From: a virus
Lineage: Duplodnaviria > Caudoviricetes
Reading direction: 5' to 3' (one strand)
IMG/VR virus record: IMGVR_UViG_3300047554_000377
Coordinates: 1 to 49,771 of that record
Length of the DNA: 49,771 bases
Positions 9,583-20,400 of this stretch are shown here, one piece after another. The position numbers were made by a program, and so were the translations under genes. Numbering within the stretch: the first letter of the stretch is position 1; each line of letters opens with the position of its first letter. The notes below the pieces were generated by a model. The model was not told the origin of the DNA. It ran no database searches and was given only the letters and a program-made list of their open reading frames with translations.

Positions 9583-12500
9583 ATGTCTAGTGTTGTCGGA
9601 AGAATCAGCGGTCAGTTACTTAACGAAAATCTTGAACGAGACGGTGTAGACCTATCTTTTGAGACGGATCTCGTATATCTTGACGTTAACAATCAACGTG
9701 TAGGTATAAAAACTGACACTCCTTATAGAACATTAACAGTTGACGGAACTACTATAGTTCCTAATATCATTGCAGATACTAGTTTTTCTACTACCGGTAG
9801 TGATAGAGTAACGTTAATTGGCAACGAAATTCTTAATCCTAACGGAGAAATTAATTTAACTGCGGCAGGTGCTGATCCAGAGATCACGGCTCCTCGAATT
9901 GAAACAGACGGGTTATTTTTAGACAACAATCAGATAGGTACAGTTAGATCAAATGAAAGCGTAGACTTTCATGTCACTGGTACTGGTCGATTAAACATTA
10001 GATCTAACACAGAAATTTTCGGTGATTTACACGCGACTGGTGATATTACCTTTGACGGTGACATTACTTTTGGTGATAGCGATGAAGACAGTGTTAGTTT
10101 TTCAGCAGATCTCGCCAGTAATATTATCCCAGATGCAGACGATACCTACACACTAGGAACTGAGACTAAGCGTTGGTCAGATCTTTACAACATTTTAGTA
10201 AACGGAATAGAATATACTACAGAAGAAATTATAGTCGGTGATGCTAATCTAACCCTTAGACAAGGGAATATCTTATATGTTTCTGTTAACGGAAACGATA
10301 ACAATTCCGGTACACATCAAAATGATACATTTGCTACAGTATACAAAGCACTACAGACAGCAACTGCCGGCGACACGGTGTTTATCTATCCAGGTACTTA
10401 CGAAGAAATATTTCCTTTAGAAATTCCTGCAGGTGTTACAGTTAGAGGAATGGACATACGTAACACAAAAATTGTTCCAGACTCGACTAGCGCCAATGAA
10501 GATGTTTTTTTACTTAACGGTGAAACAACTGTTGAAGATATCACTATCGCAGATTTTTATTACGATCCGATTAATGACAAAGGATACGCATTTAAATTCG
10601 CTCCAGGATTTAAAGTAACAACTCGTAGCCCGTATGTAAGAAATATTACAGTCCTAACAAAAGGATCAATTTTAACCACAGACGATCCGCTAGGTTACGA
10701 TCAAGAAGACGCAGGCCGTGGCGGATACTTTGACGGCAGTGTAGCAGATCCTACTAGCAGAGAAGCTAGTATCTTGTTTCATTCAGTAACTTTTATTACT
10801 CCTAACGCAGTTTGTCTAACGATGACCAACGGTGTTAGAACAGAATGGTTAAATTCATTTATCTATTTTGCTCACGAAGGGTTGAAAGCAGTATCAGGAT
10901 CTGCTGGTTTTGCTAATGACGGTAAAACTAGATTGAGAGTATACGGCATAAGTTCAGAAACTGTAGTCGCCGGAGATACCATCAATGTTGAAAATGTCAG
11001 CGCCGCTGGAACATTTACTTCGGCAGTAATAGAAAGTATCAGTTACGATAGCCCGTATACTGATATTGTTATAGATGGAAAAGTAACCGGCTGGGAAACA
11101 TCAGCTGAACCACCCGATACAGATAATCAGCAGACAATAACATTTACAAATGGTGAAACGGCCAGTTACCTAGCAAATGTAGATTATTCAGATTTTGGTG
11201 CAGAAATACGCAGTATCGCCAGTGCCAACGTCTACGGTGATTATGGAGCTATTGCAGACGGTCACGGCACATTGATGTATTTGATTAATCACAACTTTGC
11301 CTACATAGGTGTCGGAAAAGAATCAGATAACGACGAATCGCTAGTAATTGAAAGTCAACAGACATTTACACAAGACGAAGGAAAAATTTATTTCCAAAGT
11401 GTGGATCACACTGGTATCTTTAAAGTCGGTGATGTATTTAGAGTTGATTCAGAAACAGGGCAGGTTACCTTTGCGGCCCAGAGCATTGACTTATCTGGCC
11501 TAACATTCTTAGAATTTATTGATGGTGATGAGACTACAAGGATTGATGCTAGTCAAACAACAACTGGAAACATACAGATAACTGAAAATACAATTTACAG
11601 TTTAACTAGCACGATAGAACTAAGTCCTCAAAACGACGAACTAAATGTCAACAGCGATCTAGCAGTTTCAAATAATCTACATCTAGTCAATGATTTATCT
11701 GTACAAGGTAATACTACCTTTGGATCAGATTCAGCAGATACAATAACATGGAATCCTAGACTAGATCAAAGTTTGATACCTATAACCAACAAAACATATA
11801 ATCTAGGATCTGATACGAATCGTTGGAAAACTGTTTGGTTAAATCAATTAAACTTAGATGACATTGTTATATCTAGCAGTACAATTCAAACAACCTTGAG
11901 TAACAGTGATTTATCATTCCAAGCTAATGGTACTGGAGTTATTCGTTTAGAAGGTTTAAATTTTTCTAACGGCACTATTTCAGCTAATCAAACCAATTCT
12001 AATATTGAAATTACAACCGACGGGCTTGGACAGACTAAGATCACAGGATCTAACGCTCTAGTTTTACCAAAAGGATCTTCAGCTAATAGAACACTAAACC
12101 TGCCTGGAGAAATGAGGTATAATAATTCTTACAACACAGTTGAAGGATATACCTTAACTGGATTAAAAGACCTAGCAGTAGTTAGAGATTCAGATAGAAA
12201 CACTTACATACTACCTGAATCTAGTCCAGGCGCATCAAACAACATTATTGATTTCTATGCTAATTCCGTCAAAACAGCCTACTTGTCAGAAAGTGCTTTA
12301 ACTGCTATTAGATTTATAGTAGACGATCTAGAAATAAACAACAGAAAAATTCAAACTATAACAACTAATGCTGATTTAAACTTTGATCCAAACGGAACTG
12401 GCGCAATAGTTATCAAAGGTTTTAGGATCAGTAATAATATTATAGAAAATACAAATACCGATACTGCCACCACAATAACTCATGCAGGCAACGGTTATGT

Positions 12501-12726
12501 GAAATTTGTTGGCGGTGCCCTACAAATGCCACACGGGGGGGACAGTGACAGAACAAACTTCCCAGGCGGAACTCCGGAGCTCGGTGCTCACCGCTGGAAC
12601 ACTGACAGGGGTTATTTAGAAGTATGGAACGGCACAGCTTGGCAAATAGCCACAGGTGAAGGAGAAGCAGTTACCGGTGATATTATGTCAGAATTTACAG
12701 ACGTCTATGCCCTTATACTGGGTTAA
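9583..12726 (+). CDS. Large fibre/spike-like structural protein with a pectin-lyase-like beta-helix region
   Basis: The ATG at 9583 follows GGAG (the ORF track used TTG 9571). LYVSVNGND.NSG...F.TV..AL..A..GDTVFIYPGTYEE is a typical beta-helix cap; repeated NGTG.I units; paralog of 12759. Confidence 0.7.
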   Translation: MSSVVGRISGQLLNENLERDGVDLSFETDLVYLDVNNQRVGIKTDTPYRTLTVDGTTIVPNIIADTSFSTTGSDRVTLIGNEILNPNGEINLTAAGADPEITAPRIETDGLFLDNNQIGTVRSNESVDFHVTGTGRLNIRSNTEIFGDLHATGDITFDGDITFGDSDEDSVSFSADLASNIIPDADDTYTLGTETKRWSDLYNILVNGIEYTTEEIIVGDANLTLRQGNILYVSVNGNDNNSGTHQNDTFATVYKALQTATAGDTVFIYPGTYEEIFPLEIPAGVTVRGMDIRNTKIVPDSTSANEDVFLLNGETTVEDITIADFYYDPINDKGYAFKFAPGFKVTTRSPYVRNITVLTKGSILTTDDPLGYDQEDAGRGGYFDGSVADPTSREASILFHSVTFITPNAVCLTMTNGVRTEWLNSFIYFAHEGLKAVSGSAGFANDGKTRLRVYGISSETVVAGDTINVENVSAAGTFTSAVIESISYDSPYTDIVIDGKVTGWETSAEPPDTDNQQTITFTNGETASYLANVDYSDFGAEIRSIASANVYGDYGAIADGHGTLMYLINHNFAYIGVGKESDNDESLVIESQQTFTQDEGKIYFQSVDHTGIFKVGDVFRVDSETGQVTFAAQSIDLSGLTFLEFIDGDETTRIDASQTTTGNIQITENTIYSLTSTIELSPQNDELNVNSDLAVSNNLHLVNDLSVQGNTTFGSDSADTITWNPRLDQSLIPITNKTYNLGSDTNRWKTVWLNQLNLDDIVISSSTIQTTLSNSDLSFQANGTGVIRLEGLNFSNGTISANQTNSNIEITTDGLGQTKITGSNALVLPKGSSANRTLNLPGEMRYNNSYNTVEGYTLTGLKDLAVVRDSDRNTYILPESSPGASNNIIDFYANSVKTAYLSESALTAIRFIVDDLEINNRKIQTITTNADLNFDPNGTGAIVIKGFRISNNIIENTNTDTATTITHAGNGYVKFVGGALQMPHGGDSDRTNFPGGTPELGAHRWNTDRGYLEVWNGTAWQIATGEGEAVTGDIMSEFTDVYALILG

Positions 12727-12730
12727 AACC

Positions 12731-12738
12731 AATAAATA
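12731..12738 (+). promoter_or_regulatory. T4-late-like promoter box (AATAAATA)
   Basis: Intergenic motif. Confidence 0.5.
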
Positions 12739-12758
12739 TAAAAAACAGGTGAAAATCA

Positions 12759-15700
12759 ATGGCTATAGGTAAAATTACCGGACAGATGCTCAAAGACAAC
12801 CTTGAAAGAAGTGGGGTTGATCTAGCATTTGAAACTGATTTAATTTATTTAGACGTTAATAATGGTAGGGTTGGTATTAAAACTACCACACCTACTCACG
12901 AATTAACAGTTAACGGTACGCTACGAAGTACTAACTATGAAGTTAGCGGTACAGCTAACATAGCTGATATTACTATTAGCGGAAACACTATAGAAAGTAA
13001 TACATCAACACTGGCTTTAACAGCCAGCGGAACTAACGCGGCTGTTTATAATGCTAGATTAGTAGTAGACGATTTAGAACTAGAAGGTAACGTAGTTAGG
13101 ACAACAACTACTAACACCGACATTGAAATCCAACCTAACGGTTCTGGAGAAATGAAAGTCTACGGTAATGCTACTGTCTACGGAGATCTCCATGCTACCG
13201 GTACTATCACTGCTGATGGAAATTTACAACTAGGCGATGCTAATACTGACAGTATCACCTTCAATGCCGACATTACTAGCAATATCATTCCAGATGCAGA
13301 CGACACTTATACATTAGGTGAAAGCGGTAAACGTTGGGCTGACGTTTGGGTTAATAGACTTAATGCAGGCACAATAACAGCAGACGAAATTCTAGCTGGC
13401 GGAATTAATTTAATCCAAACTCAAGGACAGTTGTGGTATGTGTCAGCTAATGGTGATGACAGTAATTCTGGATCACATCAAAACGATACATTCGGAACAG
13501 TCAAGTATGCACTAAGCCAGGCAACAGTTGGCGACACTGTGTTTATCTATCCGGGCACCTATGAAGAAGAATTTCCTTTAACTGTTCCAGCTGGTGTCTC
13601 AGTTAAAGGTCTTGGTATAAGATCAGTAAAGATTACTCCAACTACTGCTACACAATACAACGATGCTTTTTTACTCAACGGAGAAACAACTGTTGAAGAT
13701 TTAACTGTAGCAGATTTTTTTAGCGGCGGAAATTATTTTACTGTAACAAGTGCCAGCGCAGGATCTACAACTTTTAATGTTGGCACAACAACTTTTGCTC
13801 ACACTTATGTTAGTGGTGGTACTATTAATATTAGCGGAACAGATTATGCTATTACAGGTGCAACCTATGATTATACTACTGGCATAACAACTGTTACACA
13901 TGCCGGCCCAGATGCAACAGGATTAGAAATTTTTCTAAGTGGATTAATTTTTAGCTGTAACGGCGGAACTAGAACTTTTCCAGATAACGGATATGCTTTT
14001 AGATTTGCACCTGATGCTGTAGTAACCACTCGTAGTCCATACGTAAGAAATATTACTGTTTTAACTCGAGGTAGCGTAACCAGCACTTCAGATCCATTAG
14101 GATATGATGCAGGAGATGCGGGTAAAGGTGCCTATGTAGATGGTGCCTACGTTGGTGCTAGTTCTAAAGAAGCATCAATGCTTTTTCACTCTGTAACTTT
14201 TATCACACCAGGCGTCGATGCTCTAACAATGACCAATGGTGTTCGAGTAGAATGGTTAAACTCCTTCACTTACTATGCGACCAAAGGTCTTTATGCTTAT
14301 GCCAGCAACGACGGTTTTGCTGGAGACGGAAAAACTAGAGTAAAAATTTCTAGTGTTACTGGTACTTGGAACATCAGTGACACTCTTACCTATTACGATA
14401 CAGACGGTTCAACAATATTAGCTACAGGAACCATTGAAGACATTGATGGTGAATATTATATTATTGACGGATATGTTCCAGGATTCGAAACCATCACAGA
14501 TCGTCAAAGCAAAACTGTTAGTGCGGTCGGCAATGCACAATTAAGCACTACACAGAAAAAATTTGGATCCGCAAGTTTATATCTAGATGGCACTGGTGAT
14601 TATGCTAATGTTTCTAGCAATCCAGACTTTGGCTTTGATACCGGTGATTTTTGTATTGAAGCATGGGTCTATCCAACAACTACAGGAACATACAGAGAAA
14701 TATTTGATTTAAGATCAAGCGCAGGCGATACCGGCGGCATAATTTTAGGTATCACTGATGTTAATCAACTATATTTCTATTTTAACAGCAACTACAGAAT
14801 CGGCCCAGTAGGATCTATTCCTATTAATACATTAACTCATGTTGCCCTAGCAAGAGTATCTGGAAACACTAGAGCATTTATTAATGGAACACAAGTAGGA
14901 TCAACTTACGTTGATTCTAATAATTACGGAACTAGACCTTTTAGAATTGGCGCAGATCCTAACGGTCTATATGCGTTTGCTGGCTATATTGATGAGATAA
15001 GGGTAAGTAAAGGAGTCGGTCGATATTCAACTAACTTTACTCCAGCCACTTCTGCGTTCAGCGGCGACAACAGCACTGTTTTATTATTACATCTCAATGG
15101 CACAACTGGATCTACTACATTTTTAGACGACGGTGTTACTCTACAAGATTTAAGAACTAGCTCGGGCGGAACTGCTAGCATTATTGATTTTGCAGACTAT
15201 TCAGACTTTGGTGCAGAAATTCGAAGCATCGCATCTGCTTGTGTCTACGGGGAATATGGAGCCTACGGTGACGGCCAAGGCGTTATTGCTTACTTGATTG
15301 GACACAATTTTGCTTATATCGGCACAGGAAAACTAAGCAGTAACGATCCAACTGATGTCATACAAGCCAACGAAGTATACGAAACAAATGACGCACACAT
15401 CTATTACACATCAGTCGACCATCAAGGCGACTTCCGTGTAGGAGATTTATTTCACATTGATCAAAGAAACGGCAACGTAACATTCTCTGCAGAAACATTC
15501 AATATTAGTTCTCTAACAGGAGTAACATTTACAGATGGTGTTAATCAAACTGTCATTGATGCTACAAAAATTGAAACAGGAAATCTACGGTTAACCGGTA
15601 ATACTATTTCTAGTATCACCGACGAGATTAATGTTCAGGCTGCAAACAATCAAGTAAATGTAAACTCTAACCTAACAGTGGACGGTGACACAGAAATCAC

Positions 15701-16730
15701 CGGCAACTTTACAGTAAACGGAAATGTAACTATTGGAGACGCTAGCACCGACTCGGTTACATTTAATGCAAGATTTTCTAGCGATTTAATTCCAAGAGTA
15801 ACTGGTGTATATAATCTTGGTTCTTCTAGTTTAAATTGGGAGGATGCCTATGCTTCAAAAGTTGTCATAGACGACTTAGAAATCACAGGAAACTTAATTA
15901 GGACAACAGTATCTAATGCTAACATAGAGCTACGAGCCAACGGCACGGGTGCTATTGTTGTTGAAGACCTAAGCATTAATGAAAATGAAATTAGAACCTT
16001 AGGTACAAATCAAGATTTAATATTAACACCAAACGGCACAGGCGCTGTTAGAATTAATTCTAATCAATCGTTGGTAATTCCATCTGGAACTATAGCAGAA
16101 AGACCAGTATCTCCTGAAACTGGTATGATTCGTTTTAATGAAGATGAAAATATCTACGAAGGATATAACGGAACATATTGGTTACAGCTAGGCGGTATAG
16201 CCAGTGTTGATAGAAAAACAAGAATCACCCCTGAATTAACAGTTGGGGCAAATGACAATGTTATTAGATTTTACACCAATAACTATCTAGCCGCAACATT
16301 AGATTCAACTGCAATGAGTGTTAACTCGTTAGTGGTCGATGATTTAACAATTAATAATAACACAATTCGTTCAACCGCAACAAATGCTGACATTGAACTA
16401 GATGCCAACGGTACTGGTGCAGTAGTTATTAATGATTTTAGAATTACAAATAACACTATAACAAACAGCGCAGGAACTGTGTCGGAATTAATTTCAACCG
16501 GTTCTGGTTATTTTAAAATTGCTGGAACGAACGGTGTAGTTATTCCTACGGGAACATCTGGAACCAGACCAGGATATGCTGTTATCGGTATGATTCGCTA
16601 CAACACTGAGTTAGGATTAACAGAAATTTGGGACGGATTACAATGGTCGTCGGTTGCTGGTTCCAGCGGCGCTATTAACGTATTACAAGCAGAAGAAATC
16701 GCCATCCAAGGCGCATTGATATTAGGATAA
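12759..16730 (+). CDS. Large fibre/spike-like protein with beta-helix and inserted LamG/ConA-like lectin domain
   Basis: Collinear with 9583; contains KFGSASLYLDGTGDY...DFCIEAWVYP...THVALAR...FAGYIDEIRVSKG (LamG-like). Confidence 0.75.
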   Translation: MAIGKITGQMLKDNLERSGVDLAFETDLIYLDVNNGRVGIKTTTPTHELTVNGTLRSTNYEVSGTANIADITISGNTIESNTSTLALTASGTNAAVYNARLVVDDLELEGNVVRTTTTNTDIEIQPNGSGEMKVYGNATVYGDLHATGTITADGNLQLGDANTDSITFNADITSNIIPDADDTYTLGESGKRWADVWVNRLNAGTITADEILAGGINLIQTQGQLWYVSANGDDSNSGSHQNDTFGTVKYALSQATVGDTVFIYPGTYEEEFPLTVPAGVSVKGLGIRSVKITPTTATQYNDAFLLNGETTVEDLTVADFFSGGNYFTVTSASAGSTTFNVGTTTFAHTYVSGGTINISGTDYAITGATYDYTTGITTVTHAGPDATGLEIFLSGLIFSCNGGTRTFPDNGYAFRFAPDAVVTTRSPYVRNITVLTRGSVTSTSDPLGYDAGDAGKGAYVDGAYVGASSKEASMLFHSVTFITPGVDALTMTNGVRVEWLNSFTYYATKGLYAYASNDGFAGDGKTRVKISSVTGTWNISDTLTYYDTDGSTILATGTIEDIDGEYYIIDGYVPGFETITDRQSKTVSAVGNAQLSTTQKKFGSASLYLDGTGDYANVSSNPDFGFDTGDFCIEAWVYPTTTGTYREIFDLRSSAGDTGGIILGITDVNQLYFYFNSNYRIGPVGSIPINTLTHVALARVSGNTRAFINGTQVGSTYVDSNNYGTRPFRIGADPNGLYAFAGYIDEIRVSKGVGRYSTNFTPATSAFSGDNSTVLLLHLNGTTGSTTFLDDGVTLQDLRTSSGGTASIIDFADYSDFGAEIRSIASACVYGEYGAYGDGQGVIAYLIGHNFAYIGTGKLSSNDPTDVIQANEVYETNDAHIYYTSVDHQGDFRVGDLFHIDQRNGNVTFSAETFNISSLTGVTFTDGVNQTVIDATKIETGNLRLTGNTISSITDEINVQAANNQVNVNSNLTVDGDTEITGNFTVNGNVTIGDASTDSVTFNARFSSDLIPRVTGVYNLGSSSLNWEDAYASKVVIDDLEITGNLIRTTVSNANIELRANGTGAIVVEDLSINENEIRTLGTNQDLILTPNGTGAVRINSNQSLVIPSGTIAERPVSPETGMIRFNEDENIYEGYNGTYWLQLGGIASVDRKTRITPELTVGANDNVIRFYTNNYLAATLDSTAMSVNSLVVDDLTINNNTIRSTATNADIELDANGTGAVVINDFRITNNTITNSAGTVSELISTGSGYFKIAGTNGVVIPTGTSGTRPGYAVIGMIRYNTELGLTEIWDGLQWSSVAGSSGAINVLQAEEIAIQGALILG

Positions 16731-16734
16731 GATT

Positions 16735-17064
16735 ATGGCAACCTACTTTAGAACAAAAGTTCATACAGATTTAACAACTACTCCGACAGATATTTTACAG
16801 ACTGTCGATAACAACAGATTTACAATTATCGGTTGTAATGTAGCTAATAAGATTGACGAAGATATTATTGTTGATGTCTTGGTACAAGACGCTACCTCAG
16901 CAACTGGTTTTTATGCTAAAGGAGTAGTAATACCGCCTTACACAAGTGCTAAGATAATTACCAACGGTGAAAAATTAATTTTAGCAGAAACTTGTGCTCT
17001 GCGCATGACCTGTGATACAGAAAATGCGGCAGATGTAACAATTAGTTACGCTGAAATCGTTTAA
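16735..17064 (+). CDS. Small ~110-aa beta protein, paralog family A
   Basis: TDILQT...TIIGCNVAN...IPPYTS...GEKLILA...VTISYAEI. Confidence 0.7.
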   Translation: MATYFRTKVHTDLTTTPTDILQTVDNNRFTIIGCNVANKIDEDIIVDVLVQDATSATGFYAKGVVIPPYTSAKIITNGEKLILAETCALRMTCDTENAADVTISYAEIV

Positions 17065-17076
17065 TAGGAGCAAGAC

Positions 17077-17433
17077 ATGAGCAATTACTTTTTTGGAAGA
17101 CCAGCAGATACACTAATAGGAGAAGATCCTAGATATTTCTACGCTCTTAGAAGAACAGATGACGGCGAGCTTTATTTTACCAGAGTAAACCAGCTTAGTC
17201 GTGAAGATTCTGTAACAGTTAATAACGAAGGCGATGCTAGCGGAAACTACGAAGATTTTCAAATTGGGGTAGATTTTTTTGAAGGACGTGATATTAATCA
17301 CGAGCTTGTTTTTGAAAACCTAAACTACGAACAGTACAGGTGGGATGATCGTAGTTTATACTACTATATTGACGAAGATGGGCAATTAGTAGTCAGAGTT
17401 AATACAAAATACACATATCCAACTGGCGTATAA
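17077..17433 (+). CDS. Hypothetical structural protein
   Basis: AGGAG RBS; internal repeat LRRTDDGELY / YYIDEDGQLV. Confidence 0.7.
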   Translation: MSNYFFGRPADTLIGEDPRYFYALRRTDDGELYFTRVNQLSREDSVTVNNEGDASGNYEDFQIGVDFFEGRDINHELVFENLNYEQYRWDDRSLYYYIDEDGQLVVRVNTKYTYPTGV

Positions 17434-17436
17434 ATA
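17429..17436 (+). promoter_or_regulatory. T4 late promoter consensus TATAAATA
   Basis: Exact match, 30 nt upstream of the 17466 ATG. Confidence 0.75.
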
Positions 17437-17465
17437 TAAGATCTAAGCATAATTGAGGTTAAACA

Positions 17466-20400
17466 ATGGCTGAATTTAAAATAAGCAGAATTAGATTTAC
17501 ATGGCAAGGCGACTGGGCCGCCGGAACCGCCTATACAAAAGATGATATAGTACGCTATGACGCAAAAGTCTTCGTCTGTTTAGTAGGCCATACTGCTGAT
17601 TTAGACTTCTATGAAGATTTAAATTACGTTGATGAAACAGTAACACCTAGCGTTCCTGACCCTAAATGGGAATTAATGTTTGAGGGACAAGCATGGGTAG
17701 GAAACTGGGCTCCAGAAACATATTATTCAATCGGTGAAATAGTTAAAGACGGCGGACAAGTGTATATTTGTACACTAGGTCACACATCGAGAGACAATCT
17801 AGCGCAAGATTCTACCAGCTGGACATATTTTGCTAGAACTGAAGATTGGAGAACTGACTGGGCAGTTGATACTTACTACGAGCTTTTTGCTATAGTTAAG
17901 TACGGCGGCATCGTTTATCGTTGTATTGATCCTCACCAGTCTGCTGGAACTATCGACGAAGGTCTAGAAGCCGACATCGCAAAATGGACTATCGTTGGCT
18001 TAACACACGATTGGAAAACTGACTGGGCTACTGAGACACGTTATAAAAGAAATGACGTTGTAAAGTACGGAGCAACTGTCTACAGATGTACAGAAGGACA
18101 TACCTCAGCTACTAGTGTAGACGACGGCATCGAAGTAGACAGTGATAAGTGGGAAATAATTCATAGAGGTATTGAATACAAATTTGATTGGGATCCGGAC
18201 ACTTTTAAATACAAAGTCAATGACATTGTAAAATACGGTGCTAATCTTTATATTTGTACAACAGCACACGTTTCATCTGAAGAGTTTGACGAATCTAAAT
18301 GGATCTTTTTTATCCCAGGACTGCAATACGAAGAAGACTGGCTAAGCCTTGAAACATATCAGCCAGGCGACGTAGTAAAGTATGGTGGTTATTCATATTA
18401 TTCTAAAACATTAAACACAAATAAAGTTCCGTCAGTTGAGTCAGCTGATTGGGAATTATTAACCATCGGCTACAAGATGCAGTCTACAGACTGGAATTCT
18501 GCGCAACAATATTATGTAGGCGATGTAGTAAGAAGACAAGGTCAACTATACGTAGCTAGAGAAGACAACTCAGCTAAAGATCCCAACATTAGCAGTGAAT
18601 GGGAATTACAAATCCCAGGTGAAAAGTATGTTGGAAACTGGTTTCCAGAGCAATCATATGCTATCGGTGACATTGTAACCTATAGAGAAAATACGTACCG
18701 TTGCATCACGCTACACGAGTCAGAAGATGCAAATCGTCCAGACAATGATATTGCAAAGAATCTAACGCTAAATGTTGGAGAATATTGGGCATTACTAATT
18801 GAAGGCGACCACAATAACAGACTAGAATATCAAGGCGATATTAAAACATACGACGTTATCGAAGACAGCAGTGCAGTACCATCAAGATTACCGATTGGTA
18901 ATGACGGAGAAGTACTTCGTGTTGTCGATTCTCAAGTGTCATGGGAAAAATTTGGCGTTGTTAATAAAGTTTATTACGTAGCCACTGACGGCGTAGATGA
19001 AATTACTAGAGGAACAACATTAAACGATCCTTGGAGAACCGTAAAGTATGCTTGTCAAAATATAACCGGACCAGCAACTATTTTTATTAAAACAGGCGTT
19101 TATAAAGAAGAAATACCTATCAGCATTCCTGCTGATGTAGCTCTTGTTGGAGACGAATTAAGAAGCACAGTCATTGAACCGGCCGCTAACTTTGAAACTA
19201 GAGACATGTTCTATGTTAGAAACGGCACTGGCATTAGAAATATGACCCTCAGAGGATTATCTGGAACGCTCGGCGTGAGAAATAATTATGGAACGCAACG
19301 ACCAACAGCTGGCGCATTTGTCAGTTTAGATCCAGGTTCTAGCCCGTTTGACGAAACTGTATGGATTTCTACAAGATCGCCATATGTACAAAACGTCACA
19401 ACATTTGGTACTGGATGTACTGGATTAAAAGTTGATGGAAGTTTACACACTGGCGGTAACAGATCTATCGTAGCCAACGACTTTACACAGATCCTTAGTG
19501 ATGGTATCGGTGCATGGGTTACTAATAATGGATTATCAGAATTAGTTTCTGTGTTCTCATATTACGGACATATTGGTTATCTAGCAGAAGATGGCGGCAA
19601 GATTCGTGCTACCAATGGTAACTCATCTTATGGTACATATGGTTGTGTAGCTGAAGGCTATAACTTAACTGAAGAGCCTATTACTGCTACAGTTAATAAC
19701 AGAACACTGGAAGCACAGGTAGGAGAAATTTTTGCCGGACAACAAGGAGATAAAATTCTTGTTTTAGGTTATGCTCACGCTGGCCAGAATTATACAGGTG
19801 CAACTTACACAGTCAGCGGTGCAGGCTACGGTGCAGATTTAAAAGCAACAGAATTCAGAGATCGTTCAATTTTTGAAGCTAGGATTTTAGGCCCCGGTGA
19901 CTCGTCTGCGGCCGGTGGCGGCGGATTTATCTCAACTGGTAACAATGCTCAGGCTGGAGACACTACAACAGTTACTATAGCATCAAACGATCAAAACACT
20001 GAAGCAGAATATCTAGGACTACGAGTCACTTTAACTAGCGGTACAGGTGTCGGTCAATACGGTTATGTCTATGCCTATGACGATGTAAGCAAAGTAGCCA
20101 CTATCTATAAAGAAAGTGACGACACCCCAGGTTGGGATCACGTAGTTGGCGGATATCCTATCGAACCAGTGTTGGATTCTACAACTGTTTATCGTTTAGA
20201 AGCTAGACTAACATTTAGTGCGCCGAGTTTCTCAATCACATCAAGTAATTTACCGGCTTCTCAAACATGGACTTCTGTTGTCTACGGTAATAGCAGATTT
20301 GTAGCAGTATCAAGTAATTCTGCATCTACGGCGTATTCAACTGATGGATCAACATGGAGTGCCGGTGGAGACCTGCCAGCGGGATCAGGTTGGAACTGCA

